Numbered from the stretch's first letter, positions 12,473 through 21,431 are shown. The stretch is DNA of 64,000 nucleotides from Acidimicrobiia bacterium (GCA_040881685.1 JBBECS010000015.1:3736-67735), one strand, 5' to 3'. Program-made: numbers and translations. Notes: generated from the sequence alone by a model not told the origin.

Positions 12473-13777
12473 TCACCCACCCGATCCTGGCGCAAGTGTG
12501 TACGTGCCCTGATATTCACCTTGAGAGAACGATTTCTCCGCGGTCCCCGACGAGCCGAAGCGACCCGGCAGGTCAGCGGGAGTGAACACCTCCGTCGTGC
12601 CGTCCTGGAACGACTGCGCGGTGCTGGAGCTCGCGCAGTCCGCGACGCCGGCCTCGGTGACCTGGAAGTTGGTCGCGCTGAAGCTTAGGGCAAAGTTGCG
12701 GTTCGGATCGTCGTCGTACCCGGCTGAGCCGGTCGCCGAACCGGAGATCTGGACGGTGAAGGTCGCCGCGGTGCGGTGATCCGCGATCTTTTGTCCACTG
12801 CTCAAGTCATAGCAGCCGCCATCGAACTCGACGGTTCCCGTACCGGTCCCGCTGATCGAGGTGCCATCGACCTTGAACGTCCCCCTCCATTGGACTCTCG
12901 TCGTGCTGTCCTGTGAGCCGCGGACGTTCTGGGCCTGGGCGTCGACGAACAGCTGCCACACCGTCGGTCCCTCGATACCACCGGGCGGGTAGATCGGCGT
13001 CTTGGAAACGACGACCACGATGATCGTGGTCGGGTCGAATCCCGGCCACTTCGGCCCGCGGTAGATGGGATCGCCGATCTTGGTGGGTTCGAGCAATGGG
13101 TTGCCGCACCGGCAGCGGGCCACGAGCTTGCCGTACTCGTCCACGAGCACGGCGGTGCCGGCTTGGAGCACGGATTGCAGGGGAACGGCGCGGCCGTTGA
13201 CGAACGTGTGGTTCGTGACGCGCGTGTCGTACTGGAGCACGGTCGGGATGAGACTCCGGACATACGTAGGGATGTCGCTGACCGAGATCCCGACGACACG
13301 CGCCCACTCGCGTCCCTGCGCCGAGTTGGCGGGATCGACGAGGAACGAGATGAGCTGCTCGCGATCGCACAGCCTGTTGTCGCCGGTGCCTCCGAACGGC
13401 GTGTTCCCCGGTGGCGGCGGCACGATGGTGTTCGGCGGGGTCGCGGCCGAGTCAGGCGAGAGCGGCGGGGTGAACGGGTCGTCGCTCACTGCCGCGATCG
13501 GCTCGAGCTTGATGGTTCGCTCTTTGGTGCCCTGCGCTTCGTCGCCCCCGCCGGACACCAGCACGGCGCCGCCGGCGCCGAGCAGGAGCGCGATGATGGC
13601 GACGATCGCGATCAGCTGGTTGCGGTTCGGTCCCTCATCCGTCGTCGGCCCGCTTCCGGACGGCGGTCCCGACGGTGGACCCTTGGGCGGTCCCCCCGCG
13701 GATGGACCCTTCGGCGGCCCCGAGGGCGGGCCCTTCGGTGGCCCGGACGGCGGCGGCCCACTCGGCGTGGTGCTCAT
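12473..13777 (-). CDS. membrane-anchored protein with Pro/Gly-repeat N-terminus and a Cys-containing extracellular domain
   Basis: The N-terminus reads MSTTPSGPPPSGPPKGPPSGPPKGPSAGGPPKGPPSGPPSG. A TM helix (LIAIVAIIALLLGAGGAVLV) follows. The ectodomain has CDREQLISFL...ARCRCGNPLL and a beta-rich C-terminal half. G/C-ending codons dominate in this frame. Confidence 0.7.
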   Translation of the reverse strand: MSTTPSGPPPSGPPKGPPSGPPKGPSAGGPPKGPPSGPPSGSGPTTDEGPNRNQLIAIVAIIALLLGAGGAVLVSGGGDEAQGTKERTIKLEPIAAVSDDPFTPPLSPDSAATPPNTIVPPPPGNTPFGGTGDNRLCDREQLISFLVDPANSAQGREWARVVGISVSDIPTYVRSLIPTVLQYDTRVTNHTFVNGRAVPLQSVLQAGTAVLVDEYGKLVARCRCGNPLLEPTKIGDPIYRGPKWPGFDPTTIIVVVVSKTPIYPPGGIEGPTVWQLFVDAQAQNVRGSQDSTTRVQWRGTFKVDGTSISGTGTGTVEFDGGCYDLSSGQKIADHRTAATFTVQISGSATGSAGYDDDPNRNFALSFSATNFQVTEAGVADCASSSTAQSFQDGTTEVFTPADLPGRFGSSGTAEKSFSQGEYQGTYTLAPGSGG

Positions 13778-13869
13778 CGCAGTTCCCCGCCCCGTCCGGT
13801 CATCGCCCGCCCCCCGCGCTGTCGGCCGTAGCCTAGAACCCCACCGCTTCGAAGCTCAATCGCTGCCGA

Positions 13870-14766
13870 ATGCTTCGCGGACTCGCTTCAGGGCGTGTTC
13901 GGCGTCGGACGCGTAGTGTCTCGCCCGTGAGCGACGGGGAGTTCACGGCGACGCACCAGGCGCCAGACGCGGGGCTCGAGACGTGGAACGCGCCGGATCC
14001 CGCCCAGAAGCCGGACAATCGGATCGAAGCTGCCCTCCCGGTGCACGTGCTCGAAGAGACAACCGGCTGGGCACACGTCCGGTGCAGCAATGGCTGGGAG
14101 ACCTGGGTCGACGCCGCCAAGCTCGTCGCGCTGGCGACACCAGGCTTCGTGCCCACCCACCAAGTGGTCGCGGCGGGGGTGGATGCGCGCGCGCGGCCCG
14201 ATATGGAGGAACCGGTCGCAGCGCGACTCGACGGCGGGCTGCCCGTGTCGATCGCCAACACCTGGGGCGGCTGGATGAAGGTGCACTTCGAGAACGGCTG
14301 GGAGACTTGGGTCGACCAACGTGGTCTCACCGCCGGTATCGCATCGGCAGTGGCCGGGGTCACCTCGGCGTCGCCGCTCGCGATGTGGCTGCCGATCATT
14401 GGTGCCGCGGTCGCGATCCTGGGCGGGTTCCTCGATTGGTTCCCGCAAACGTCGGCGTGGGACCTCGGGTTCGTCGGTCTGTTCACCCACGAGGGTCAGG
14501 ACCTCGCCAGCAACGACTTCAGCGGCGGACTGGTGCTGCTCCTGAGCGCGGGCGCGGCGCTCCCGCTGCTCACCCGCCGCCCGCTCCCGAGATGGTGGGC
14601 GCTCGCAGTCGCCGGGGTCGCGACCAACGTCGCGTTGATGGGCTTCGTCCTCTACTTCGACGTGAAGGTTCCTGGCCTGAGCATCGGCATCGGAATCTTC
14701 GTCACGTTGCTCGGTGGCATCGCGATGGCGGTCGGGGCGCTGATAGCGCCGCGCCGCGCAGGCTGA
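13870..14766 (+). CDS. membrane protein with two SH3b-like repeats
   Basis: The repeats are GWAHVRCSNGWETWVDAAKL and GGWMKVHFENGWETWVDQRGL, followed by 4-5 predicted TM helices. The start codon is uncertain. Confidence 0.65.
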   Translation: MLRGLASGRVRRRTRSVSPVSDGEFTATHQAPDAGLETWNAPDPAQKPDNRIEAALPVHVLEETTGWAHVRCSNGWETWVDAAKLVALATPGFVPTHQVVAAGVDARARPDMEEPVAARLDGGLPVSIANTWGGWMKVHFENGWETWVDQRGLTAGIASAVAGVTSASPLAMWLPIIGAAVAILGGFLDWFPQTSAWDLGFVGLFTHEGQDLASNDFSGGLVLLLSAGAALPLLTRRPLPRWWALAVAGVATNVALMGFVLYFDVKVPGLSIGIGIFVTLLGGIAMAVGALIAPRRAG

Positions 14767-14791
14767 GAGGCCCGTAGACCTACCCGAATGG

Positions 14792-14806
14792 GTTGCCGCC
14801 GGCAAC
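14792..14806. terminator. hairpin between convergent genes
   Basis: GTTGCCG-C-CGGCAAC lies in the 68-nt gap between the 14766 (+) and 14835 (-) gene ends. There is no U-tract. Confidence 0.3.
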
Positions 14807-14834
14807 GCCGTGCTCACCGGCCTGAGCTCAGGTG

Positions 14835-15611
14835 TCAGGAGCTCTTCGTGCCCCTGAAGCTGTAGATGCAGGTACGGCGTTGAAGGCTGTGGGTTTGGGT
14901 TCCCTTCACCTCGGTCGGTCGCGGAGCCTGATGGGGGAAGAAATCCCCTGTGAGGGTGAAGGTGATGTCTTCCACCGAGGCCGACAGGTCGAACTTCAGG
15001 CGGTTGGAGATGCTGCCGGTGAAGTTGATGCCGTTCACCGTGAGCTCGAGGACCTTGCCCTTGTGGTCGAAGACGACGGTATCCGTGAGGAGCGGATCGC
15101 AGTACTGGGGGTCGGGGAGGCTGGCGCCGCCGGCGTACTGGACGTTGAGGGCGTAGGTCCCCGACACGTCGACTCCGGCCGAGGGTGGCTGGGAGCCATC
15201 AGCCGAGCCGTCGTCCTTGGTCGCACCCGGGTTCGAGCCTTGCCTCCCGGAGTTGTCGTCCTGCTGTTGCAGACGTCCGAGGAGTTCTTTCGGGTCCACG
15301 GCGGTCGCGACCTCACCGTCTGCCGGTTCGTCGTCGGCGAAGAAGGACTGCCAGATCAAGGCGGCAATTGCGACGCCGATCAGCGCGAGCAGGATCAACA
15401 GAAACTCGAAGGCGCTCGTGATCGGATGGTCGTGGTACACCACTCCGAAGGCGCGCTTGCCCAGGGCCTGTTGTGCCGTGTTCAGCTCGTCAGCGGCATC
15501 AAGGGCAGCGCGCTGTGCCTCTGGCTGCTTGCGCTCGTACTCGCTGACCGCTTCCGCGTGGTCGGACGCGCGGATCGCGTCGCCAAGAGGATCCGAATCG
15601 CCAAATCCCAT
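14835..15611 (-). CDS. hypothetical single-pass membrane protein (last gene of a 3-gene unit)
   Basis: It has a charged helical N-terminus, a TM helix (FEFLLILLALIGVAIAALIW), an acidic/Gly linker and a beta-rich C-terminal domain. It starts 9 nt after the upstream stop. Confidence 0.6.
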   Translation of the reverse strand: MGFGDSDPLGDAIRASDHAEAVSEYERKQPEAQRAALDAADELNTAQQALGKRAFGVVYHDHPITSAFEFLLILLALIGVAIAALIWQSFFADDEPADGEVATAVDPKELLGRLQQQDDNSGRQGSNPGATKDDGSADGSQPPSAGVDVSGTYALNVQYAGGASLPDPQYCDPLLTDTVVFDHKGKVLELTVNGINFTGSISNRLKFDLSASVEDITFTLTGDFFPHQAPRPTEVKGTQTHSLQRRTCIYSFRGTKSS

Positions 15612-15620
15612 GTGGCGGCC

Positions 15621-15911
15621 CTAGTCGGGCATGGGTCCCTTGCCCGTGGCGGGCGCCTTCGCGTCGGGCATCGGGCCGGCACCGCTCGAAGGTCCTCCCG
15701 CCGTCGCGGGCGTAGGGTCTCCCTTGCGCTGCCGAACCGGACCGAACATCGCCCACAACACGCCCAGGATCACGAAGACCGCGATGATGATGTAGGGCGT
15801 GTTGGTGCCCATCGTGACCACCGAGTTGAGCACGAGCAGCACCGCCACTCCGAGGCCACCGAGCAGCCCAGCGAACAATCCGCGGATCGGATATCGCTTC
15901 GTTCCGTTCAT
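15621..15911 (-). CDS. small 2-TM membrane protein with Pro/Gly-rich tail
   Basis: MNGTKRYPIRGLFAGLLGGLGVAVLLVLNSVV...IIIAVFVILGVLWAMFG...GPMPDAKAPATGKGPMPD. Its ATG overlaps the upstream TGA by 1 nt (TGATG at 15913-15909). Confidence 0.55.
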   Translation of the reverse strand: MNGTKRYPIRGLFAGLLGGLGVAVLLVLNSVVTMGTNTPYIIIAVFVILGVLWAMFGPVRQRKGDPTPATAGGPSSGAGPMPDAKAPATGKGPMPD

Positions 15912-16474
15912 CAGACCGGCCTCCCCATGGCAGCGAAGAACAGCAACCCCCCGAGACCCACGAAGGCCAGAGAGACGTAGAACGTCGGCGACTTGACCAG
16001 CGAGCCGTTGATCTGGACGACGCCTTTCACGACGCACGACGCGCCACCACCCGACGCCGTGATCTCGATCTTGTACTTGCCGAGCAGCGGAGCCAGCCCG
16101 CTGAACTGGAAGTGCTCCTTCAGCGGCTCGACGCCATTGCCATCCGGGAGCTCCGCACTGCTCTCGATGTCACCGCCGAAAGCGGGGATCGGGCTGTTCA
16201 GGATCTTGACGTCCCACGTTCCGCCGGCGATGCCCGCGTCGACGCCCGCGTAGGTGTACTCGACCCTCCCGTCGACATCGATCTCGAACGGGTCAGCGTC
16301 GGTGCCGCCCGCGCCGGGAGCAGCACCGGTGTCGAGTTGCTTGCCCTCGCTGTCGAACGACGTGCCGTCGCCCGAGCATCCCTTTGCGTCCGCGGCCCCC
16401 GCCGGCCCGACCATCATCAGCCACGTGCTCAGTACGAAGCCAACGAAACCTGCCACCGCCAGAACTCGTCGCAT
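15911..16474 (-). CDS. secreted protein with C-terminal membrane anchor
   Basis: I chose the start at MRRVLAVAGFVGFVLSTWLMMVGPAGAADA (signal peptide). The body is beta-rich and the C-terminal hydrophobic segment is FYVSLAFVGLGGLLFFAAMGRPV. Confidence 0.6.
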   Translation of the reverse strand: MRRVLAVAGFVGFVLSTWLMMVGPAGAADAKGCSGDGTSFDSEGKQLDTGAAPGAGGTDADPFEIDVDGRVEYTYAGVDAGIAGGTWDVKILNSPIPAFGGDIESSAELPDGNGVEPLKEHFQFSGLAPLLGKYKIEITASGGGASCVVKGVVQINGSLVKSPTFYVSLAFVGLGGLLFFAAMGRPV

Positions 16475-16584
16475 GTCGCGTCCTCCCCCAAGGTGGACGG
16501 GAGGGTACGAGATCGCACGGTGTTTCGTCCAGGAGGGATCCCGGCCGAGAGTCATGGTCGCCGGGTGGCGGTGTCGGGGGTGGC

Positions 16585-17085
16585 GTGCGTGTCTCTCGTC
16601 CCGGTGCCGTCATCGCCGTGCTCTCTGCGGCCTCGGTCACGGGATGGTGGCTCGGTGACCAACGAAGCGCGGCCACCCCACAGGTGCGCGTCCTCGAGGT
16701 GATCGACGGCGACACGATCGTCGTCGCATTCGACGACGGGCACACGGACACCGTTCGGATTCTTGGTGTCGATACTCCTGAGACGCACCACCCGACCAAG
16801 GGCGTCGAGTGCTTCGGTCCCGAGGCGGCCGCCTACACGGAGCGTCGGTTGGCGGGAAGGACTATGCGGCTCGAGGGCGATGTAGAACCACGCGACCTGT
16901 ACGACCGTCGGCTCGCGTATGTGACCGTCGATGGTCACCGCTTTGATGACGAGCTGTTGCGCCGCGGCTTCGCGCGACTGCTGGTGATCGAGCCCAACCG
17001 GGCTCACGCTCGTGACTTGCTCGCCGCCGAGCTCGAGGCGCGGCGTGCGCGCCGCGGCCTCTGGGCGGAGTGCGGGAGCGAGTGA
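16585..17085 (+). CDS. thermonuclease (SNase-like) family protein, membrane-anchored or secreted
   Basis: VLEVIDGDTIVV...VRILGVDTPET...YDRRLAYV...LLRRGFAR...RRGLWAEC matches the staphylococcal-nuclease fold motifs. The GTG at 16585 gives an N-terminal hydrophobic segment, but the start is uncertain (ORF track: 16384). Confidence 0.8.
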   Translation: MRVSRPGAVIAVLSAASVTGWWLGDQRSAATPQVRVLEVIDGDTIVVAFDDGHTDTVRILGVDTPETHHPTKGVECFGPEAAAYTERRLAGRTMRLEGDVEPRDLYDRRLAYVTVDGHRFDDELLRRGFARLLVIEPNRAHARDLLAAELEARRARRGLWAECGSE

Positions 17086-17086
17086 C

Positions 17087-19090
17087 TCAGCTCGCGTGGC
17101 GACGGACGAGGTCCAGCACGGCCTCGGCGTGACGTTCGACTTTGACCGGACCGATCCCGGGGACCGCGAGCAATGCGTCGCGCGTGGCCGGTTTCACCGA
17201 TGCCACGGCCTTCAGCGTCGTGTCGTGGAAGATCACGTACGCCGGGACGCCTGATGCGTGCGCGAGGTTGCGTCGCCACTCCACGAGTGCGCCGAAGAGT
17301 TCTCCGTCGGGTTCGAGCTCGGCGTCGTCGGTGACCGCGCGGGCGAGCTGGGCCCGAGCCCGAGCGAGACCGCTCGCACCGTTGGCAATCGGCGCGGGCG
17401 CGCCCCCTGCTGAGCTTGCCGCCTCGATCGGGCTGAGCCACGGGCTCCGCGCTCGGCGGACGGTTCGGAGCCCCATGGTGCGCTCCTTTGCGTACGACAG
17501 GTGCAAGCACTGCTCGGCGCGGGTGAGCGCCACGTACAGCAACCGTCGCTCTTCCGCGCGCTCGGCCGGGGTCTCCGCGTGTGCGATGGGTACGTAGCCA
17601 CGCTCGAGGCCGGTCACGAACACCGTGTGGAACTCGAGGCCCTTGGCTCGGTGGAACGTGAGCAGCTCGACCGTATCGCCGCCGGGCTCGGGTGCTTCAC
17701 CGCGGAGGGCGGCGGCGAGATAGGCGACGAAGCCGTCGACGGCTCCCGGCCCCGCCTCGACGGCCAGGTACTCGTGCGCGAGGCGGACCAGCGCGTCGAC
17801 GTGTTCGCGTTGTTGTTCGGGCGCGTCGACGGCATCGGCCTCAAGGTCGATCACATGCTCCGCGAACGATCGGCTCGGCACGGCTTTGGCCGACTCGCGA
17901 AGGCGCTGGAGTGCGCTTGCGACCTCGGGACGCTCCAGGAACCGGGCGTCGCCGCGCACCTGGAACGGGATGCCGGCACGCGTGAGCGCCTCTTCGAACA
18001 CGGCTGACTGCGCGTTCGTGCGGTAGAGCACCGCCAGCGAGGACCACGCCACGTGTGGACCGTGCGCGGTTCGCAGCGCGTCGGCCACACCTGCGGCCTC
18101 GGCGGCGTCATCGTCGTACGCCGTGACGGTGGGCGCGGGGCCGCGCGGCGAGACGGCGCGGCGTGCCGGGCGCGGCCGGCCGGCATCGGCCAGGAGCGCT
18201 TCTGCCGCGGCGACGATCTCCGGCGAAGAGCGGTAGTTGCAGTCGAGGCGCACCACATGACCCCCGCCGAACCGGCGCGGGAACTCGGTGAGCTGCGTGG
18301 CGTCGGCCCCGGCGAAGGCGTAGATCGCTTGGTCGGGGTCGCCGACCACACACAGATCGTGACGATCGCCGAGCCAGCCGCGCAGGAGCCGGGCCTGCGC
18401 CGGCGTGATGTCCTGGAACTCGTCCACGAAGAGGTGCCGGAACCGCCATTGCTGTGTGGCGGCGAACTCGGTGTCTTGCTCGAGTGCATCGGCGCAACCC
18501 CACACGAGGTCGTCGAAGTCCACGAGGCGCTTCCGGCGCTTCTCGCGCTCGTAGCTCGCGTAGATGTCGGCGACCTCGCTGGCCGGACGCGGCGTGTCAC
18601 GACCCGAACGGGTCGCGGCCTCGACGAAGCCGTCGGGCGTCACCAAGCGCGCCTTGGCCCATTCGATCTCACCGGCGAGGTCGCGGGCGGCCACCGCCGC
18701 GGCCGCGCCGCGCCCACCTACGAGCGGGACGAGCAACCGCGCCTTGCGCGCCAGGACAACCGGCGTGTCACGACCGCGCTCCCCAGCGCGGCGCCGCAAC
18801 TGCGCCAGAGCAACCGCATGGATCGTCCCCGCAGTGACCCCCTCGACTCCCAACGTCCGGAGTCGAGTCTGGAGCACGCCCGCAGCCTTGCGAGTGAACG
18901 TGACCGCAAGCACATGCTCCGGATCGAGCCCGCCGGTCCGCGCCCGCCAAGCAATCCGCCGCGTGAGCACCCGAGTCTTCCCAGCCCCAGCCCCAGCCAA
19001 AATCGCCAAAGGCGCAGCCTCAGAAGTAACCGCCCCCCTCTGCCCCTCATCCAGCCCGTCGAGAAGCGCGGCGCGGTCCGGCACGTCCAT
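17087..19090 (-). CDS. UvrD/Rep-family DNA helicase with C-terminal HRDC domain (UvrD2-like)
   Basis: The Walker A region is ILAGAGAGKTRVLTRRIA. Helicase motifs run throughout (FVDEFQD, TFHRAKGLEF, LLYVALTRA). The C-terminal HRDC-like region reads LFGALVEWRRNLA..GVPAYVIFHDTTLKAVA..LLAVPGIGPVKVERH. Confidence 0.9.
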   Translation of the reverse strand: MDVPDRAALLDGLDEGQRGAVTSEAAPLAILAGAGAGKTRVLTRRIAWRARTGGLDPEHVLAVTFTRKAAGVLQTRLRTLGVEGVTAGTIHAVALAQLRRRAGERGRDTPVVLARKARLLVPLVGGRGAAAAVAARDLAGEIEWAKARLVTPDGFVEAATRSGRDTPRPASEVADIYASYEREKRRKRLVDFDDLVWGCADALEQDTEFAATQQWRFRHLFVDEFQDITPAQARLLRGWLGDRHDLCVVGDPDQAIYAFAGADATQLTEFPRRFGGGHVVRLDCNYRSSPEIVAAAEALLADAGRPRPARRAVSPRGPAPTVTAYDDDAAEAAGVADALRTAHGPHVAWSSLAVLYRTNAQSAVFEEALTRAGIPFQVRGDARFLERPEVASALQRLRESAKAVPSRSFAEHVIDLEADAVDAPEQQREHVDALVRLAHEYLAVEAGPGAVDGFVAYLAAALRGEAPEPGGDTVELLTFHRAKGLEFHTVFVTGLERGYVPIAHAETPAERAEERRLLYVALTRAEQCLHLSYAKERTMGLRTVRRARSPWLSPIEAASSAGGAPAPIANGASGLARARAQLARAVTDDAELEPDGELFGALVEWRRNLAHASGVPAYVIFHDTTLKAVASVKPATRDALLAVPGIGPVKVERHAEAVLDLVRRHAS

Positions 19091-19170
19091 CGGTCGAAGG
19101 TACGACGAGGGTGCGACACCGCCGCGGATGGGCTCTTCGACTCTTCAGCGGGGGCCATGGGATTTGTCCC

Positions 19171-19362
19171 GCCGCATTTGCGGCACCAAAGCCGCCCCGA
19201 GCGAAGCGAGGGAGGCGAGGGGGAGCACGAGGCGGGGCGAACCCCGAGGCCCCGCAACAACGTCCGGCGCGCAACATCCGGCGCGCGGCCTGCCCTTCCC
19301 CGTGAACAAAGTTGGGCCCCGAGTAGCCATTGCGCCGGAGCGCTCCGGACTCCTCGGGGCCC
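19171..19362. repeat. cluster of GC hairpins and repeat-family words in a 650-bp non-coding region
   Basis: The cluster contains GCCGCA-TT-TGCGGC (19171-84), GAGCGAAGCGAGG, GCACGAGGCGGGGC (also present in copy F) and GCGGGGC..GCCCCGC (19232-55). TCCGGCGCGC occurs twice (19263-72 and 19277-86). GGGCCCCGAG (19314-23) pairs with CTCGGGGCCC (19353-62) and encloses the palindrome CCGGAGCGCTCCGG (19335-48). Confidence 0.6.
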
Positions 19363-19646
19363 ATTCCCTTTGCACCAAGTCTCCACGTGGCGTCGCACCC
19401 GGGTGGGCGCGCCCGCCGCCGTTGCCGCCTTCCGGGCGGGACACCCGGTCGCCGGTCTCGACATCGGCACCGGCTCGCCGACCCGAAGGCCAGCTCGCCG
19501 ACCATCGACGCTTCCGACCCGTCTTCCGCTGGGTTCCTCGGGTTGCCCCTCGGAGGTCCGCACCGGTCCCGTGCCGTTCGCGTCGTCGGCATTGGGCACA
19601 GTAGGGACGTCCCGTCAACCGGTCAAGAGGAAATTCGCCCCAGAGA

Positions 19647-19700
19647 GCAGGCGAGCGCCCGGAGGCCCGCCGGGTATCCCGGCGGCGAGCGAGCGCGACC
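19647..19700 (+). repeat. structured repeat copy A
   Basis: GCAGGCGAGCGCCC..CGCCGGG-TAT-CCCGGCG-GCGAGCGAGCGCGACC, with the hairpin at 19668-19684. It lies 40 nt upstream of the next gene start. Confidence 0.7.
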
Positions 19701-19739
19701 AGCAAAGGGACGTCGAGAAGATTTCGAGAACGCGTTACC

Positions 19740-20120
19740 GTGCCGCGCGCCATGGTGAAGGTGTCGCGGCCGCGCTTCGAGGAGCTGGTTGCCGACGCGC
19801 TCGACGGGATCCCGCGGGAGATCTGGCTCGAGATGGAGAACGTTGCCGTGATCGTGGAGGACTGGCCGCGACCGGATCAGGTTGCGACGCCCGGCGGCAC
19901 GTTGCTCGGTCTCTACGAGGGTGTCCCCATGACCAAACGGAGCCCGCTCGGGTACAACGGCGCGATGCCGGACCGGATCACCATCTTTCGCGGGCCACTG
20001 TGTGCGCGCGCACGAGACGAAGACGACCTCGCCGCCCAGGTCCGTGTCACCGTGCTGCACGAGGTTGGGCACTACTTCGGGATGAGCGACGCGCGTCTGC
20101 GCGAGCTCGGGTGGGCTTGA
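19740..20120 (+). CDS. small zinc metallopeptidase family protein (Zincin_1/DUF1025-like)
   Basis: HExxH-type motif VLHEVGHYFGM near the C-terminus. The size and N-terminus (FEELVADALDGIP..VAVIVED) are typical of the family. The start is GTG 19740 or ATG 19752. Confidence 0.8.
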   Translation: MPRAMVKVSRPRFEELVADALDGIPREIWLEMENVAVIVEDWPRPDQVATPGGTLLGLYEGVPMTKRSPLGYNGAMPDRITIFRGPLCARARDEDDLAAQVRVTVLHEVGHYFGMSDARLRELGWA

Positions 20121-20129
20121 GGGAGCGCT

Positions 20130-21431
20130 GTGGCTGACCGGTGGCGCAACTGGGCCCGAAATCAGGAGTGCCGACCCGAGGCGGTCGAGCACCCAGCCTC
20201 CGAGCTCGAGGTGGTCGAGGCGCTGAGTCGCGCTCGGGCTGCAGGTCAGGCCGTGAAGGTCGTGGGCGCTGGCCACTCGTTCACCGATGCCGCGTGCACC
20301 GATGGCCGCTTGCTCTCGCTCGAGCACCTCGATCGCGTGGTGGGGGTCGACGAGGAGGCTGAGACCATCACGGTCGAGGCCGGCATGAGCATCAGCCGGC
20401 TCAACCGGGAGCTCGCCGCGCGGGGTCTCGCGCTCCCGAACCTGGGCGACATCGACAAGCAGTCCATCGCTGGCGCCATCGCAACCGGGACGCACGGAAC
20501 GGGCGGCGGGTTCGGTGCACTCGCCACGTTCGTGAGCGCGATGGAGCTCGTGACGGCTGACGGCGAGGTGCTGCGCTGCTCGGCTTCAGAAGAGCAAGAA
20601 GTGCTGCATTGCGCGCGTGTTGGCCTTGGTGCGCTCGGTGTGATCACCAAGGTGACGCTCCAAGGCGTCCCTGCATTCAACCTCCACCACATCGAGCAGC
20701 CGCGCCCCCTGGCGAGCGTGCTCGCGGAGCTCGAGGAGGCAGTCGCCGCCAACGACTACTTCGAGTTCTACTGGCTGCCTCACACTGATTCTTGCGCGAC
20801 GATCGCCAACAACCGGACCGACGAACCGGTACACGAGAAGAGCGCCTACAAGCGGTGGCGCGCGGAGGTGTTCTTCCCGAACGTGTTCTTCGGCGCGCTC
20901 GTCGCGGCCGGCAAGGTCGCACCGACGCGCATCCCGAAGCTCGCGGAGGTCGTGGCTGGGAACCTCGGCCGCACGGAGCTGGTGAATCGCAGCGACCGCA
21001 TCTTCATCAGCACGCGGCTCATCCGGTTCGTGGAGATGGAGTACTCGATCCCTCGCGACCATGCCGTCGAGGCAGTGCTCGCGATTCGGGACCTCATCGA
21101 AGACGAGGACCTGCTCGTCTCGTTCCCGATCGAGGTTCGCTTCGTCGCCGCCGACGATGTGCCGCTCAGCATGGCAAACGGTCGCGAGTCGTGCTTCATC
21201 GCGGTGCACATGGCGCGCGGTGTGGCGTTCGATGAGTACTTCCGGGGCGTCGAGCGGATCATGACGGGTTTTCGCGGGCGGCCACACTGGGGGAAGCTGC
21301 ATTTCCAGAGCGCGGCGGAGCTCGGGCCGCGCTACCCGGAGTGGGACCGGTTCCTCACGTGCCGCGCGCGCCTCGATCCCGATGGTCGATTCGCCAATGC
21401 GTATCTGGACCGGGTCCTCGGTCCGGTCTAG
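20130..21431 (+). CDS. FAD-linked oxidase, D-arabinono-1,4-lactone / L-gulonolactone oxidase-like
   Basis: WRNWARNQECRPEAVEHPASELEVVEAL...VKVVGAGHSFT is the FAD_binding_4 region. The C-terminal ALO-type region reads GRPHWGKLH. Confidence 0.85.
   Translation: MADRWRNWARNQECRPEAVEHPASELEVVEALSRARAAGQAVKVVGAGHSFTDAACTDGRLLSLEHLDRVVGVDEEAETITVEAGMSISRLNRELAARGLALPNLGDIDKQSIAGAIATGTHGTGGGFGALATFVSAMELVTADGEVLRCSASEEQEVLHCARVGLGALGVITKVTLQGVPAFNLHHIEQPRPLASVLAELEEAVAANDYFEFYWLPHTDSCATIANNRTDEPVHEKSAYKRWRAEVFFPNVFFGALVAAGKVAPTRIPKLAEVVAGNLGRTELVNRSDRIFISTRLIRFVEMEYSIPRDHAVEAVLAIRDLIEDEDLLVSFPIEVRFVAADDVPLSMANGRESCFIAVHMARGVAFDEYFRGVERIMTGFRGRPHWGKLHFQSAAELGPRYPEWDRFLTCRARLDPDGRFANAYLDRVLGPV

Noticed and set aside
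13640-13770. Nucleotide periodicity in the Pro/Gly-repeat region (GPPKGPPSGPP...), the poly-Gly run at 1975-2012, and the Ala/Pro/Glu tail of rpsP (49200-49400), considered as possible tandem repeats or VNTRs.
   Set aside because: These are in-frame low-complexity coding segments of otherwise normal genes. The repeat units are imperfect at the DNA level. They are not independent repeat elements.
19047-19758. Several 140-290 aa ORFs inside the 650-bp gap (19047..19592 -, 19145..19753 -, 19330..19758 +, 18718..19599 -).
   Set aside because: All are Arg/Pro/Gly-rich with mixed third-position usage. They overlap each other in different frames. The region is better explained as structured non-coding DNA.
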